A stretch of DNA of 63,659 bases, filler included, from Folioceros fuciformis (taxonomy: Eukaryota): NCBI GenBank assembly GCA_049999805.1. It is 6 parts of 6 records of this genome, joined end to end, with 100 filler letters (N's around TTAATTAATTAA, not from the genome) between each part and the next. Parts side by side here need not be neighbours in the genome. Positions count along the whole stretch, not along the records: positions 41,624 to 53,959 come from JBNGIO010004120.1; positions 54,060 to 63,659 come from JBNGIO010004121.1; 4 more parts are not named here. One strand, given 5' to 3'. A program made the translations under genes and the position numbers. How positions within the stretch are numbered: position 1 is the stretch's first letter; each line of letters begins with the position of its first letter. Positions 49,251-63,415 of the stretch are shown one piece after another. Below the pieces are notes generated by a model, which did no database searches, had not been told where the DNA came from, and saw only the letters and a list, made by a program, of their open reading frames with translations.

Positions 49251-51889
49251 AGACAGAGATGGAGGGCTAGGCAGTATAAGAGCGGAGACCTGCTATTGAG
49301 AGGGGGGGTCTACGGTGCGGTTTTCCTTGACCTTGTGTGCAAAACTCCTGGCCTAGGGTGCTAAGCCGGTTTGAGACTGAACCAAGGTCCCGATTCCCCT
49401 TGCCACTAGGGGAACGTGGAGGATCCCAAGACTGCCAAGATCCGTGTGGCCGGATCTGTAAGGGCTGAATGTTTTGTAGGCTAGTTGAAGTGAAGTGACA
49501 TGACTGTGAGCCAGGAAGGCTATCCAGTCTTAGTATCCACACCAGGCTTGAAGACTGCAAGGAGTGAGGCCGTTGTGTTCAAATTTCCGGGGGATAGCTG
49601 AAGCAGAGAGAGGGAGAGCTGGAGTGAAATGCGGCGAAGTGAAAAGTGAGTTGCTGAGGTGCAGGAGTGGGTGTTGAAGTGAAGGGTGAATGATTGAAGT
49701 GGAGAAGGGAGGACTGAAGTGGGAATCATGAAGAGCTGAAGGACTGAAGAGCTAGAGTGTGAGTTTTGGGGGTTGATCTGAAGATAGGCTAGGGTTTTGG
49801 CCTTTTTGCTGGTAGCTGGTATGTGTGGTCAGGCCTAGAGGCCGGCGGGTAGGTAGAAGTGTGAGTAGACAGTCGTAGGTGTTCCTTGGCGCTAGTTCAC
49901 TCCCTTGGAAGGGGATCATAAGGCTGCAACGACAATAAGGGAAAGTGTGGCCCTTTGGTAGTTCTTGGGTGCAAGAAACCACTCCACAACAGGGATAGGG
50001 TCGAAATTGTCAACAATGCAGTCTGCTCCTTCTTCATGCACACACCATTCTTTGTCGGGCAATCATTGGTCAGATAGTATTACATAAATGTTCTAAAGGG
50101 CTTTCCTCTCCTTGATTGTAAAGGGATTCTCAATATCTAGGCCGGATACGACTCCCAAGTCTTCCAAAATTAAGGCCGCTGGATCTACATCCATTGCTAA
50201 TGCCCCTCTACCTTGTTTTGATTTCTGTCCTTCCTTCCCTGTGCTGACTTTGATCCACTTGTGACTCCCTTCCCGCGTGGAGCCACTAGTGCCCTATGCA
50301 GCATCAATGTCCAAAGAGGTGCCCTTTGGCTTGGGTTTCCCCAAACTTATTTCTTACCTTTTTCCACTATCCTGTGAACTCTTCTACTTTCCTGAACTCT
50401 TTGCCTCTCCATGAGGATCAACTCTCTTCCTCTTCTCCACGGAAGGCCAAGATGCAGTATCATCCACAATTGCATGCTTGGCACAAATTTGTCTTTGTGG
50501 CTGAGACTTATCTGGGAGAGGTGTAACACAATGAATGAATGAATGAGGTGTGAAGAATGAGAACACCAAAAATACGTAGGTCTCCCACCACGAATGCTGC
50601 CAAGAATACTAGATTTCACATGTCTCAAACTTGCTATTTCAGGATGTCGAAGTTGATGTGGACTTTGCAAGCTTGAATCTGTAAGCGGAAGGCCAAACAA
50701 TTCAAGGGTTGGACATGATTCTCAACAACAATCAGTCAAAGCAGCTTAGACACATGTGGATGTAGTGAAGCCTTCCTCCTGCACCAATTCCCAAATGCAC
50801 CTGAGGTTGAATTTCTACAGAAATTGAATGACGTTCGTCCCATCGGTTCCCGAAAACGCCTGCTGCTTCACAGAGTGCTGTTTCTGAATATTAGCCGCCA
50901 ACCAACAGAAGCTTTCCTAATCGCATTCAGAAGGAGAAACACAGAAGCCGTCCGCTGCCCCAATCGAGTACAAATCCTACCTCTGGCGAAGAATGACCCT
51001 CTCGTTGAAATCCCTACGTTTGTCAAGTACTGCGCCTGCTCACAGAAGGTGCAAGTAGCTTGTGGGCGCACCGCTGATATTTCTCCACCTCGCGGGAAGA
51101 GGAGGTCGGGTTCTGCTAATCCTGGCTCCCTCCTGCAAGTTGTAGTCGCTGGAAATGGCTCACACAAGCCTGCAACCTCTTCAAACCTTTATCCCTGGTG
51201 GCTACCGACCCTCCCGTTTAAATCCTTGAGACAGCAAACTCCTGCTCTTACTCATAGACCTGGCGAAAGGCTTGTCCGCGCCCAGGAATGAACTCTTCAC
51301 CGCTGTGGAACCCGGGGTCGCTGTGTGCTGAGCTTGGCTCCCTCCCGCAATTTTATGTTGCTGGAAATGGCACGCGCAATCTTCTATTCTTGCGCAAGTG
51401 TCGTATTCACAATGCATCTTCCGAGCGGAAATCACCGAGACCAACGCCAAATTGCTCTCGACGACTGGACAAGGGCACAGGCACTGATTTAGGTGACATT
51501 GATGATTTATGTAACTTTGACACGAATGCCAATGATTATCCAATAGCTAGGGCACAGTCTCCATGACCGTTCAGGCTAGCCAGGCAATCAGCCAGCCTGA
51601 CATCATACCCTGATCCCTGACACCGATTCTTATGTTCAGACCATTATTTTATTATTTTATATTACTATTTAATCATTTAATAATTATATATCTTAGATTA
51701 ATATTAAACTAATCACCAAACCTAGACTCAAACTTTCCCAACCCTATGGCTCGGTATCGGACCTAAACTTTTCCCTAAAGCCCTAAACTTTTCCCTAAAG
51801 CCCTCGTGCTTGGTATAAGCGCATCACACACTTTCTTCTCAAGGCTGGTTTCTTACAATCTTCAGCACATACCATTGTGTAATTACATG

Positions 51890-52873
51890 GCTGATTGTGC
51901 CTTCTTTGTTTTTATGGCCTTGTATGCAGATGATGCTATTCTCCTTAGTAATAGTGTGACCAAGTTGAACCAGGCGAAGAATTTGCTCCGCTCTGAATTT
52001 GAGCTATAGTTCTGTCTTGGAATTCAGATCCTACGAGATAGGCAACATGGCGCCATTATTCTACACCAGACAAAATATCTAAAAGAGATTTTGAAACGAT
52101 TTCATTTAGATTCTTCCAAGACAATTGCCACTCCTTCAGAAGTGGGAGAGAAGTTAACTGCTGACCAGTGCCCACGTTCTTTTGATGAAGAGAAGTCTAT
52201 GTCTTATGTTCCTTATGCTGAAGCAATGGGCTGCTTGATTTTTGTTGCTAATTGGATACGACTTGATATCAGTCATAGTGTTAGTGTGGTCTCTCAGTTC
52301 TTACAACATCTTGGCAAGGTCTATTGGGCAGTAGGTAAACTTATATACCGCTATCCGAAAGGCACAATCGACTATGGTTTACACTATGGTGCATCAATCA
52401 CTAAGGATCTGATGCTTACTGGTTTTGTGGATGCCGATTGTGTGTCTGACTCTGACTTCCGGCGTAGCCTATCTGCTTACGTTTTTATGTTGGCTAGTGG
52501 TGCTGTAAACTGGTCTTGTAAAAAGCAAACTTCCTTGGCTTTGTCCTCCACTGAGGCTGAGTACAAGGCCTTCATAGACGCATGCAAAGAGTTAGAGTGG
52601 GAGCGCCAGTTCTTGGCTTCTGTTTAGATCTAACAATTAGGACCTACACAACTATGGTGCGACAATATGTCAGCTATAGCTTTGGTTGCAAATCCACGCT
52701 TTCATGCCAGGACCAAACATATCGAACTCTATCATCATTATGTTAGGGATGTAGCCGAGAGAGGAGCAGACAAAGTTACCTATATACATACAAATGAAAA
52801 TATTGCAGACATCTTTACTAAGGGTCTCCTCAAGGGAAAATATTACAAGCATCTGGCCTCCTTGGGACTCTGA
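51890..52873 (+). mobile_element. Ty1/copia RT-RNase H fragment (5'-truncated, with stops)
   Basis: LYADD, CLGIQI.RDR, VPYAEAMG.L, GFVDAD, WSCKKQ..LALSSTEAEY, HARTKHIEL.HHYVRD and ADIFTKGL. Confidence 0.92.
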
Positions 52874-53959
52874 CAATCTTGTCTACCCATTCCTAAGGCT
52901 GCGTACTAGACACAAAAAATGACTTGCCTGGATATTTATAATCTTCTAGAGAAGACCACGCCTGCAGGCAATAGGGACTACTCAGTGGATGAAGCCTCTA
53001 CAATGCAATTTAGTCATGGGTAATTCACAAAGTCTATGTCTAGGGTTTACCTTAGTCGTCGTCTGGCAGACGTAGGTGTTTCAATTCTTCTAGTCTATCT
53101 AGAACTGCCTTGACCTCATCCCTAGTCAAGGGTATATCACAATTCTCTCTATCACACATTTTTGTTAGCTGTGTCTCAAGCTCCATTGTCTTCACTCTTG
53201 CATCCAAGCGTCTTCAACTCGTTACACTTTCGCAGTGTGTCATGTAGATTCCACAAGAGATCAGTGTCAGCGTGGGTTGGCCACCAAGTTTTTCCTTTCT
53301 CGACTTCAGTGGGAGTCGCATCTTGCTCAATCCTGCATTTGGGTCTTGCATCTTTGCTGTCACTAGCTTCTGGTTTCTCAGACTTCGGCGAAAGCTCACA
53401 GTCCATGGCGGAGGTGGAGCTATTCTCGTAGGGAGCTAAAGAAGATCGGAGCCTTTTCTATCGTGAAGCTCAAGAATCCTTGGAACTCATCGTGTCGTCC
53501 TCAGCAGCTAGAGCAATGAGAAGCACGATGGCGGTCATTCCTGATATAGCTATGCTCCAGACCTCGAGCATGGAGTCCATGTTGCGGCGCAGGAATCCGA
53601 AGCACCTGCAACATGTTTTGTGATGTTCCTCAAGTTTAATTCCAGCACATGGCGGTGCTCGTTGTTCGTGTAAAGCCCGTTTCTCATTAACACTAGAATG
53701 TGGTCATGAGTTAGCAAGTTTTTTAGCTTTCATACTTACATGAACCCCTGCGGGATAAGTGGTAGTGTTGGGGTTATTTAAGTAACCCGCAGTGGTTAAT
53801 GAACCAACTTTAGTTAAAACACTATTATTGTATTTAAGTACCGTTTTTGCTAAATTACATATCCATTCATTATGTTCCTAGCTCTGCTCTTGTTGTTAGT
53901 GTAGTATTAGAACAGATTAACATCATCGTGCCAGTGGCGGTGGCGGCTGCCGCCGATCC

Positions 53960-54059
53960 NNNNNNNNNNNNNNNNNNNNNNNNNNNNNNNNNNNNNNNNN
54001 NNNTTAATTAATTAANNNNNNNNNNNNNNNNNNNNNNNNNNNNNNNNNNNNNNNNNNNN
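53960..54059. other. Artificial contig linker
   Basis: N44-TTAATTAATTAA-N44. Confidence 0.97.
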
Positions 54060-54093
54060 CGGCCGGGCCGGGCGCGACTCTGTATCAAAAGAC

Positions 54094-54182
54094 GGGCTGG
54101 GGCTGGGGCTGGGACTGGGGCTGGGCTGCTAGCCTGCTAGCCTGCTAGCCTGCTAGCCTGCTAGCCTGCTGGCCTGCTAGCA
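54094..54182 (+). repeat. Microsatellites (GGGGCT)n and (GCTAGCCT)n
   Basis: Direct reading of the sequence. Confidence 0.85.
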
Positions 54183-56362
54183 GCATTCAAAGCCAAGTCA
54201 CGGGATCGGGGCCCTTCCATCCCGTCCCGTCCAGCTCTGACGGAGTTGGGGATGCCAGACGCTGGAAGGTCTGGAACGCCGGACCCACTTTTGACTTGAT
54301 GCCTGCCGAGTGTCCAGTGCCCATTGCCCATTGCCCTGTGCCCTGCGCCAGCATTTTCCCCCTCATCAAGAAGTCTGCATCGCCTGCTCCTTGCCGAGAG
54401 AACCTCGACTGCTGCGCCTCGAGACTGCAGGCACCAAGGCTCGCAGCCCCAACAGCCTGGCCTCTGAGCCCTGTGGACTGGACTGGACTGCACTGGACTC
54501 CTGCCCTGGCTCTGGCCCTGGCCCTGCCCCTGCCTCTGCTCTGGCCCACTTTGACCTTCATTTTCTCCCGCCCTTGCCGCCTCGGGAAATTGGAAGCGGC
54601 TGCCTCTGGAGGTCTGGGCTCTCCGACTCCGGGACTCGCCACTGCCACCACCCAGTTGTATCCGAAATGCATTCAGGCCGTGGGCACAGTACCCATCGCC
54701 TGACCGTCCCTGCCTCTGGAACCTGAAACTGCTGGCTGGCCTGCCTGTAGGTAAGGATGTCCTAAAAGCCACACAGACTGAGCTTGTCCTTGGGCTGCTT
54801 ACTTCTGCTCAAACCACACACACTTGTCCTCGGGGTCCTTAATTCTGCTCAGACCGCACACTCTGGTCCTTGGGTCCTTAATTCTTCTGCTCAAACCAGA
54901 GGGAGTCCTTGGGTCATATCATCTGCGTCGCTACCAACTGCATGTCACAGACTACACAAAGGGGATACCACTATCCAGCTCTACAAATGTATGTTTTGTA
55001 ACCATTTCCACAGCCTGACAGCGTGCACTTGAGCTGATTTGCATACCTTCTCACACGCGTTAAACATCACGTGAAGCGGCAGCTCCTGTCACGTGTTTTG
55101 GGTCCAGTCCCAGTCCCAGTCCCAGTCTCAGTTCCTGCGCCTGATAATCACACTGCCCGCACCTGCTTACACCCCGATAGCGATGCTTTGCTTCTCCCTC
55201 CGCCCGGGACCAGCTTCAGCTGCAACCAATTGGAATTTTGCTCCTCATTAGTTGGAATTTTGCTCCTCATTAGCTTTAATGTATATATCTCTACATACCC
55301 TGCCTTCACAAAAACATTTCTTCCTTCTTTTTCCACTGCCTGTTGGCGCTCATGTATGCAGGTTAGGCATTGTGCATATGCATGTAAGTAGGTGGTTCCT
55401 TTGGTTGGTGCAATCAAGCTGTCTGGCTGGTTGGCTCTGGCTGTTTCTGTGTCGCTGTGAGATGCAGGTGAGGTGGTACAATAGTGGGTTAGGTGACCAC
55501 CTCCCCAGAAACTGTAGTTTTCATTAATCCGTGGACTGCCTCTCATTAAAGCAGCAGATCGTGTTGGTTTCAGGGGTTGAGTGATCCAGTGACAAAGTGA
55601 TCAGCAACTCAGCAACTTATCAACTGACAAACGGCCGCGCAAGTTATAGGTACCTGGCTGGGCTGTGCTGTGCTGTGCTGTAGTGGAGTGGCTTTCACTC
55701 TGCTGGCGAACTGCTGCCCACAGAGAACAGTGCCGGACGCTCATCCACCACTGGCTCTGGCAGCGTCTCCCTGCAACCAAATGACATTGGCTAGGACTGT
55801 TATTATTACTACTACTACCGCTACCACCTGCGTCTCTCTGCCCTAGGCATTTCTTATGGTAAGCCAACTACTACCTACATTCTTTCGCTTAGCGTAAGTG
55901 AGGTCACGTTTAAGCACACTGGATACTTGATTCGTCCGATTCCACCCACAAAATTGACCATGATGATGATAACCCGAAAATATCAAAATTTTATACCCCA
56001 AGGCCCAGTTTTCTTCAAAATACAAGTATGGACAGAAGCCCTGTGGAAACCAGGCCCCCCTGGAAGTAGAACTGTACTGACAAAAATCACGCCCACAAAG
56101 CCAACCTGTTCCCTGAACAATTGACTCTGCCAACAACATAGGCCCATCCCGAGAGAATGCTGTCAAGCTAAAAAAATGGTCATCTACCTAGACGGTGATC
56201 AAGCAAATACCACTTGGTCAACTACCGCTCCCCCCACCTCAAATAGTGTAGTTGTCTTCCCAACAGCAGCAGGAGTCTAACCCCCTACCCCCACCTGTGC
56301 ATGTACGAGGAAGAAAAGCTATGTGTGTGTGTAAACACAAGAATCGAAATTCCCATCCTGAC

Positions 56363-59300
56363 TCACTTTGCCCACGCAACTGCATCAATCTCGTCGCGGG
56401 CAATTTTGTAAACCTCCAGCCTTTTTGCAAGATTCTCCCGACGTTCCATCAAGGCGGGATCCTCATCTAGCATAGTCGCGAGTTGCTTTCCCTGAAAGCC
56501 CCACAACCATAGCCAATTATTAAAACCTGCACGCATAGGCTTGCCATGATGCCACACCAAACCACGAACTCTGTACCTCTCGTTTTCCAACTTGAGCATA
56601 GAAGGTGTCCAGCAAAGATCTCTTTGCCTCACGCACTTGGCAATACACAACAGCTTTAGGTATGGAGTTCCGTAACAAGTCCATGACCATGCCAACGTAA
56701 GCAGAAACATTAGATCCTGACAGTTGACAGCAACAACAAAGTCAGCTCCATCAGAAACTACTATGCACTTTGACATGTGAGCAAACACATGTCGTCAGAA
56801 ATGGTTCCCGCTTTGACAATGTCACTGCCTTGCCTCATTGAAACCGAATTGGATCATACTGAACCATCAAAGAACATATGACCCATCTCATGGCTTAGCT
56901 TCTGTCTGGCGCGTACCAATTCTCCGGAGGTGACCCTCAGTATAACGCTCCAATGTTGATGCAACTGGATTTCCACCCTTTTCAATTTCTTGAGGGAGTT
57001 TTCTAAAAAAATCCACTGTCAAATAGCTAGATTCCATGTCTACAAGCCTTAATGAAGTCTTCCTGCTCTCCTCCCGGAACTTTTCCAGGGCCTCCGTGGC
57101 AGCTGCGGCTAGCTCTGCTTGCAAAGTCGGGAATCGCTTCAATTCCTGTAAAAACAAAGTGTGAGTTGCCTCCTTGCAAGGTGATGAAAATTATACTTAA
57201 GTAGCAGTGACCATGCTGCCATGTGACCATGCTGCCATTGATCAACAGCGAGGATAACCAGCTTCCGGAGATATAAATTTTACACAAGCAGGCCATAGCA
57301 AACATTTATAGAACTAAAAGACGGTGCTTACCTGAGTCTCATTTATTGCTTTTCGGACAAGATCTCTGAGAATGAAGTGCACCTGCAATGTCATCAATAG
57401 TTCTGTTTCAAGACCAGCCGAAATAGCATGTGGTTTCAAGGAGTAAGACAATGGCATGTTAAGAAGAAATCCATAGCGCAGGGAGCAAAACTAGTTGGCA
57501 GAATGATTCACTTTGGTTTCCTAGTCCAGTGCTTTACACCCAAAAGGAAAAGACCAAAGAGCGATGCTGCCTAGTGCTCCAAGACAAGATAATTCAAAAA
57601 GTGCAAGTAAAAGCTAAGAAATCACTTCTGTACCGCATCAACAACAGCTTCTGCTGGGCCTCTGAAAAGACTCAATGCCCCTTCAATCAGACGACGGTAA
57701 CCATGCTCAGGGGCTATCAGATGAGGCTGATAACCGTCCGCCTCTGTCACAATCTTGCGCACACTTTGGAGGGAGAGATGTTTGTCGAAGGGCAGCTTTT
57801 TCAACGCTGCAGGAAGCTGATTATCAAACACACCATAGATCCTCTCACCCCCAGGTCGCCTGCCATATCAATCGGCAAACCAACAGCAAATTACTACTTA
57901 GATCTTACGTCTTCCCTTCACACACTTCGCGGCTTTCAAGGAATCATACAATAGAAAAAAATAACCATACAGAGGCCTCAGTTTACTTCATACAGGAGCT
58001 TGAACCACAATGAACATTTTCCACAACGATCAACTCACCCTCCATCTAAATGATCTTTGAAGACGTGGTCAAATGCCCTGCAAAGCTCCAAGACTGTGTA
58101 TAGCTGGGCCTGCATATGGGAGAAGATAGAGAACTCTCTGTTGTAGCCTCTCAGTGTTTCCAGGACAAAGCAAACAAATGAAGGGAAGACTTTTTCAAGC
58201 AGTGAGACTTCTTTCATCATCACAAACCACCAGTAAAGGCACCAGACATTACCCCTGCATCCACAGCTATAGGCCTGCCCAACTGATTCATCTCTGCCTC
58301 AAGGTCGTCAATAGTCTTGTTGATAAGAGCCTGAATACTAGGGATCCGGGCCTTGATCACAGCTTCCAAATGCTGTGGCGTAGGAAACAGTTAGACCAAC
58401 ATTAGAAGACTTGAACCCCACAGCTGCCAGAACAACAAAATACTGGAATCTGCTGGAGAACAACATTGGCCAGGAACCCATTAAAGACGAAGCCATGAGC
58501 TACCTTCGACAACACTCTGCCAAGATACTCTGAGCCCATCCTGCTAGCTAAGTGAGAGTAATCTTGGCTGCTTTGGAAATACTCCCGCTCTCGTCGTCTT
58601 GCAGCAATCATATCCACATTCTTGTTGATATCTTGCTGCGAACGGTTTACAACTCCAACCCAAGGCATTTTCAATCTGTATGCGTTGCCTTCCAGAACCT
58701 GTAGATCTCTCACATAACAAACAGTTAGAATCCTGTCAACTAATTTTCCCCCAGATAAGTTGCGACATTCTGCAAAGGGAGACTTACATCAAGAGCGTTG
58801 GTACCCTTGTCCATGAGGTCTAGCTTTGTCAACACACCAAATGTTCGCTCTCCTACAGAAATCAATGAAGTACATCGATCAAATCCAAGATTCAGCAGCA
58901 AAACGCCCAGTGCTGGTCGAAACTTGACGTTTGCAACCACCAAAATAACAAATATTACTCTGGCAGCCAACCAGCCCTGCTATTAAATACCACAGCCTTC
59001 TTCAAATGCCAGCTACATTACTTCTTAAAATCCTTATAATTTGAGTAGTAATGTGGAAGTACTTAAGATCAACACTGTAATGTACTTTTAAGGTACTTCT
59101 CAGATCTTGAGGGACTGCCTGGACTGCACCTTAATTACAGCAGGAGACAGATTTGAGACTACTTGCACAGACGAGCTCAACCGCCCAGCATTGGTCCAAT
59201 GACAAGCTTCACTGACAATGACAGTCAAACGGCATTCTACACGAAAGGCCATTTCCGGTCTGCTGTCCCAAAGACAAAAACACAGACAAATTGTCTTCTA

Positions 59301-61013
59301 GAATACCGGCAACTCTTGCCCTGCTTAAACACAGAACCATCAACCACAGTTTTCACAGATTGGCCCCAACAACAACCATCAGACCACCCAGGATTATCAG
59401 TTACCTTGAGGGTCAACCTCCCGGGCCAACTTGATGGCATCTGAGGTGGCAATATCTTGATTTGCGGGAGAGATGGCCAAGATCAAGGAATTCGGCTGCA
59501 CACACGACAAATGTAATTTAATGAGCAATTGGATCTGGAGGAAGCCATGATGGCATTAATATATCAAGGATCAGGCAAATACCTTTTCAACGTAGGACCG
59601 GACCATATTTTCTATATCTGCCACAATGCTGTCAGGCTGTCCCTCTGCAGGTGAGAAAGCAAAGTTAATCAGCTCCAACTTAGAACTTGCCCCTGACTCA
59701 TCCAAAATTAGCCTCTAAAGGTTTGATCATAGGCATTCAAGGAGCACTTACCAACAGCAACTTTTGTCAGACCAGGAAGATCAATGAGAGTCAAGTTCAC
59801 CACTGCATCACAATCGTAGAATGACAACCTGTTATGCCACAATCTGACAGATTTCCAATCTTGCAAAGAGTCTTGACTATTGGCCCGCACACATTAGCAT
59901 GAGAGTCGACAATGCTGTCGACTTGTTTCCCAGTCTAATTCCATCGTTCATTTGATCCTAAGCCACAAGTAGATCTCTAAAACTTGAGATGCAGATCTTC
60001 GGGGTTGGTGGATATACCATGAGGAGAGTATATGCTCAATTGAATTGGGACGGGAGAGATCTGTTTGCTGCGCCCGGTGACTCTGTCAGTCTCATCAGAT
60101 ATCTCTTTCCTAATAGCAGCTGCAACCACATGCTCAATCGTCAGGTAGAAGCTCGCAAAAGTCGTATATACGTAGAAAGACCTAAACAGAAGTAAGTTTT
60201 TGAGCATTCACCGTCCGCGCTCGAAAAAAAGGACTCCTTCCTACCAACAAGACCATCAACCTAAGAAGAGTGAAACATGCGTTCCCTCACAATGCACATC
60301 AAACAAGATCCTCTGGACCTTCATATCCGGAGCAAGTACACAGCATTACCATAATCCGTGAACCTTCGCTTCGGCGCGTGGAGAAATTCGCCGTATTCGG
60401 AACCATCATCCGTCTTATGCAGCTGTAAAACTAGGGGACGCCTCGTCACGATACCTACAAATCACCGTAGCACTGTTAACGTTGGAAGCCATTTGCAATA
60501 CATTTGCTTTACCCAGCCCACATCTGAACGAGATCCTAAACCGAGGTGAATCCTAGATCTGTCACCATCCTAATGCTGGATCCAGCTGGGGCTTCGAGAA
60601 AAATGATAGCATGAAAATATGCATTTATAGATCCAATGCACATAACGTCCGATCCGCCCAAGTCCGTGATCCAGTGTGTAAGAGAAGAAGCAGACCTGAT
60701 CCTCGAGGCAAGAAATCCCTTCCCACGATGCTCTCCAGCACAGACGACTTTCCAGAACTCTGTTGCGAGATTACACAGTCAGAGGAACCAGATTTCCAGA
60801 CAGGCACCAAGCTGGAAACCAGCACGACGGCAAGAGGCATCACGTGAGGTGACGCTGGCGCAGTGAGCGAGTAAGTTTACTGACCTGGCCTCCCACAACC
60901 ACAACCGAGGGCAGCGCCTCCCATAACGTGGGCAACGCGTTATCTCCTCCATAGTCACCAAGAGCCGTGCATGCTCGCTGTATCCTATTGACGAGGCCAA
61001 TCAGGCTCTCCAT
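56363..61013 (-). CDS. DRP1: Dynamin-related protein 1 (phragmoplastin family), 16 exons
   Basis: [57 protein letters not shown] and GED ending [10 protein letters not shown]. All 16 exons can be traced with GT-AG boundaries. Confidence 0.96.
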
Positions 61014-61354
61014 TCAGGCCCCCCTACTCGTACAGGAAGCAGCAACCTGCGAAGCCCTGGCACCACGCCTCGCACCCGCCCCTGCTGTCCTGCTACCTTG
61101 CCTTCCCGTGCCTTGACTCCCAGCCCTCCCTTCCCCAACTCCTTCGATCCGATCACGACGATGCGAGCAGAGCCCTCCGACACAGCTGCCGAACCGTGTT
61201 GGGGCTGCTAGACGAAGAGGAACAGAAGGCCACCTCACTCGTTGTAATGGTAGTGTCGGGGCAGCTCAACTCAAGCCTTTAGGTCTTTTCCCGCAACACA
61301 TTTTAAATATGAAAAAAGGAAGCCTTTACGGCTTATGCACAATGTAGTTCTTTG

Positions 61355-61850
61355 TGAGGGCTCTAAATGCATCAAACCCTCATAACTTATCACTATTTCC
61401 CATAAAGTTCAGAATTTGGTTGGATAAGAACCCTCGTAACTTATCACTATTTCCCATGAAGCTCGGAATTTGGTTGTGAGGGCTCTAAATGCACCACACC
61501 CTCATACACCCACCACCTTGAATTAGGTTGCGGAAGAACCATCATAATTTATCACTATTTTCCATGAAATTTAGAATTTGATTGCATAAGAACCCTGGTA
61601 ACTTATCATTGTTTCCCATGAAGTTCGGAATTTGGTTGTGAGGGCTCTAAATGCACCACACCCTCATAACTTATCACTATTTCCCATGAAGTTCAGAATT
61701 TATCACTATTTCCCATGAAGTTCAGAATTTGGTTGTGAGGGCTCTAAATGCACCACACCCTCCTAACTTATCACTATTTCCATGAAGTTCAAAATTTGGT
61801 TGCAGAAGAACCCTCACAACTTATTACTATATCCCATGAAGTTCGAAAAA
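61355..61850 (+). repeat. Degenerate compound tandem repeat (core AACTTATCACTATTTCCCATGAAGTTCAGAATTTGGTTG)
   Basis: About 8 copies of the core, alternating with two linker types. Confidence 0.85.
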
Positions 61851-62068
61851 TTCTTTGTCTAGATATAGTGATATTTGGATGAGCCCTTATATCTACCCCA
61901 CATCTTTCTTTAAGAAGTTTTTTATGGATAGTTTACAACCATCATTTTCGTGACTACTTTTCTCATGANNNNNNNNNNNNNNNNNNNNNNNNNNNNNNNN
62001 NNNNNNNNNNNNNNNNNNNNNNNNNNNNNNNNNNNNNNNNNNNNNNNNNNNNNNNNNNNNNNNNNNNN

Positions 62069-62237
62069 GTTTCACAGGTTTTGGGTGCAAGTAGATTGCT
62101 AGCCATAGGGAAGTTGCCCTTCAAGTTTCACAGGTTTTGGGTGCAAGTAGATTGCTAGCCATAGGGAAGTTGCCCTTCAAGTTTCACAGGTTTTGGGTTT
62201 CACAGGTTTTGGGTGCAAGTAGATTGCTAGCCATAGA
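62069..62237 (+). repeat. ~56-nt tandem repeat next to an N gap
   Basis: GTTTCACAGGTTTTGGGTGCAAGTAGATTGCTAGCCATAG occurs three times. Confidence 0.85.
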
Positions 62238-63415
62238 GAAGGTCACTCCTAGTGTTCGACTGATCGTTGTGGGAGAGGCTTGCTTGTGGCTCATCAATTG
62301 GACTATTGCTATTTAGCTCTACGATCATTTCTAGTGTCATCTAAGTCCTTACCAATTAAGGATTGCTACCTCTATGGAGGCTGTGAATCCATCGCATTTG
62401 GGGTTTCAGTGGTTCTTGAGCCTCATCCACATTGGGCCACGAGCTGACTTTCTCCTCATCTAGGGTCATTAACAAGTTTTTTTTGTGTTGAAGTGGTCAT
62501 AATTAATGTAATATGGCTATCATATCATAACAGTCACAAGCATTCTAGAAGGAGGGAGCAAAATAGCCATACGTAGTAGAGATTTAAGAACATAAAAAAA
62601 GTGTACATATGCATGCATGAGTCATAACCGTTTTTAAATCTAAATAATTATTAATAGCCTAACCTAATAAAACGTTATTGGTGTTTAATAATCTTGAGTT
62701 AGATATGAACAAATATTAATATATCCAACATGTCCTCTTAGACCTAACTCTATAACAAACCCTATCCAATTTGTTTGGCTAAGAAATGGGTTTGTCTATG
62801 ATGGTTGATCCATATAGCATAGAAGCTGCACACCTGCTAGAGCTTGTAGCTTGATCATGCTGACCGTGTGGATCGTCCTTCCGCTACGGCACACTACATC
62901 ACATAGAGGTGGGGCACACTACATCACATAGAGGTGGAGTAAGGAAACAGAGTGAGACTTGAGTAAGAGAATTGGAAGGAAGGTATTGGAATAAAGATTC
63001 AAGCTGCAATGTAGAACGAAACATTGTTGTCTTCTACTGTCGTCAACACTCAAGTGACAAGAGAGGAGGAGCAAGTTATATTCCAACTTGCAAACTTGCT
63101 TCAGCTACCAGCGGATTCAACACATAAGTATAAATTTCAAAAATGCCCTAATTAAATCATAGTGTTGCTTCATCCAGGGCTCACAAAGGGGGAAGATTAG
63201 TTGAGATGATATGTGCAGCTAGGGATCTAAGAACTATACCATGCATAACACATAGGCATTGTGCAGTAAAAGGGCCATCCCTAGGCTGAATTGTAGGAGC
63301 TATGTACCCCTACATGCTTGTGAACCTCCAAAGTTTGGGGTAGTAGTTTGTTTTGGTTGAAAAAAGGTTAATAGTGGTATGGTTTGGTTTTCTTTTTCAA
63401 CTTATTTTCCCTAAT

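Noticed and set aside
50000-51560. Possible decayed gypsy gag on the minus strand
   Set aside because: Only a weak zinc-knuckle-like echo among many stops; not supportable.
61355-61850. Core-plus-linker repeat as CRISPR-like
   Set aside because: The linkers are themselves repeated (two types) rather than unique spacers.
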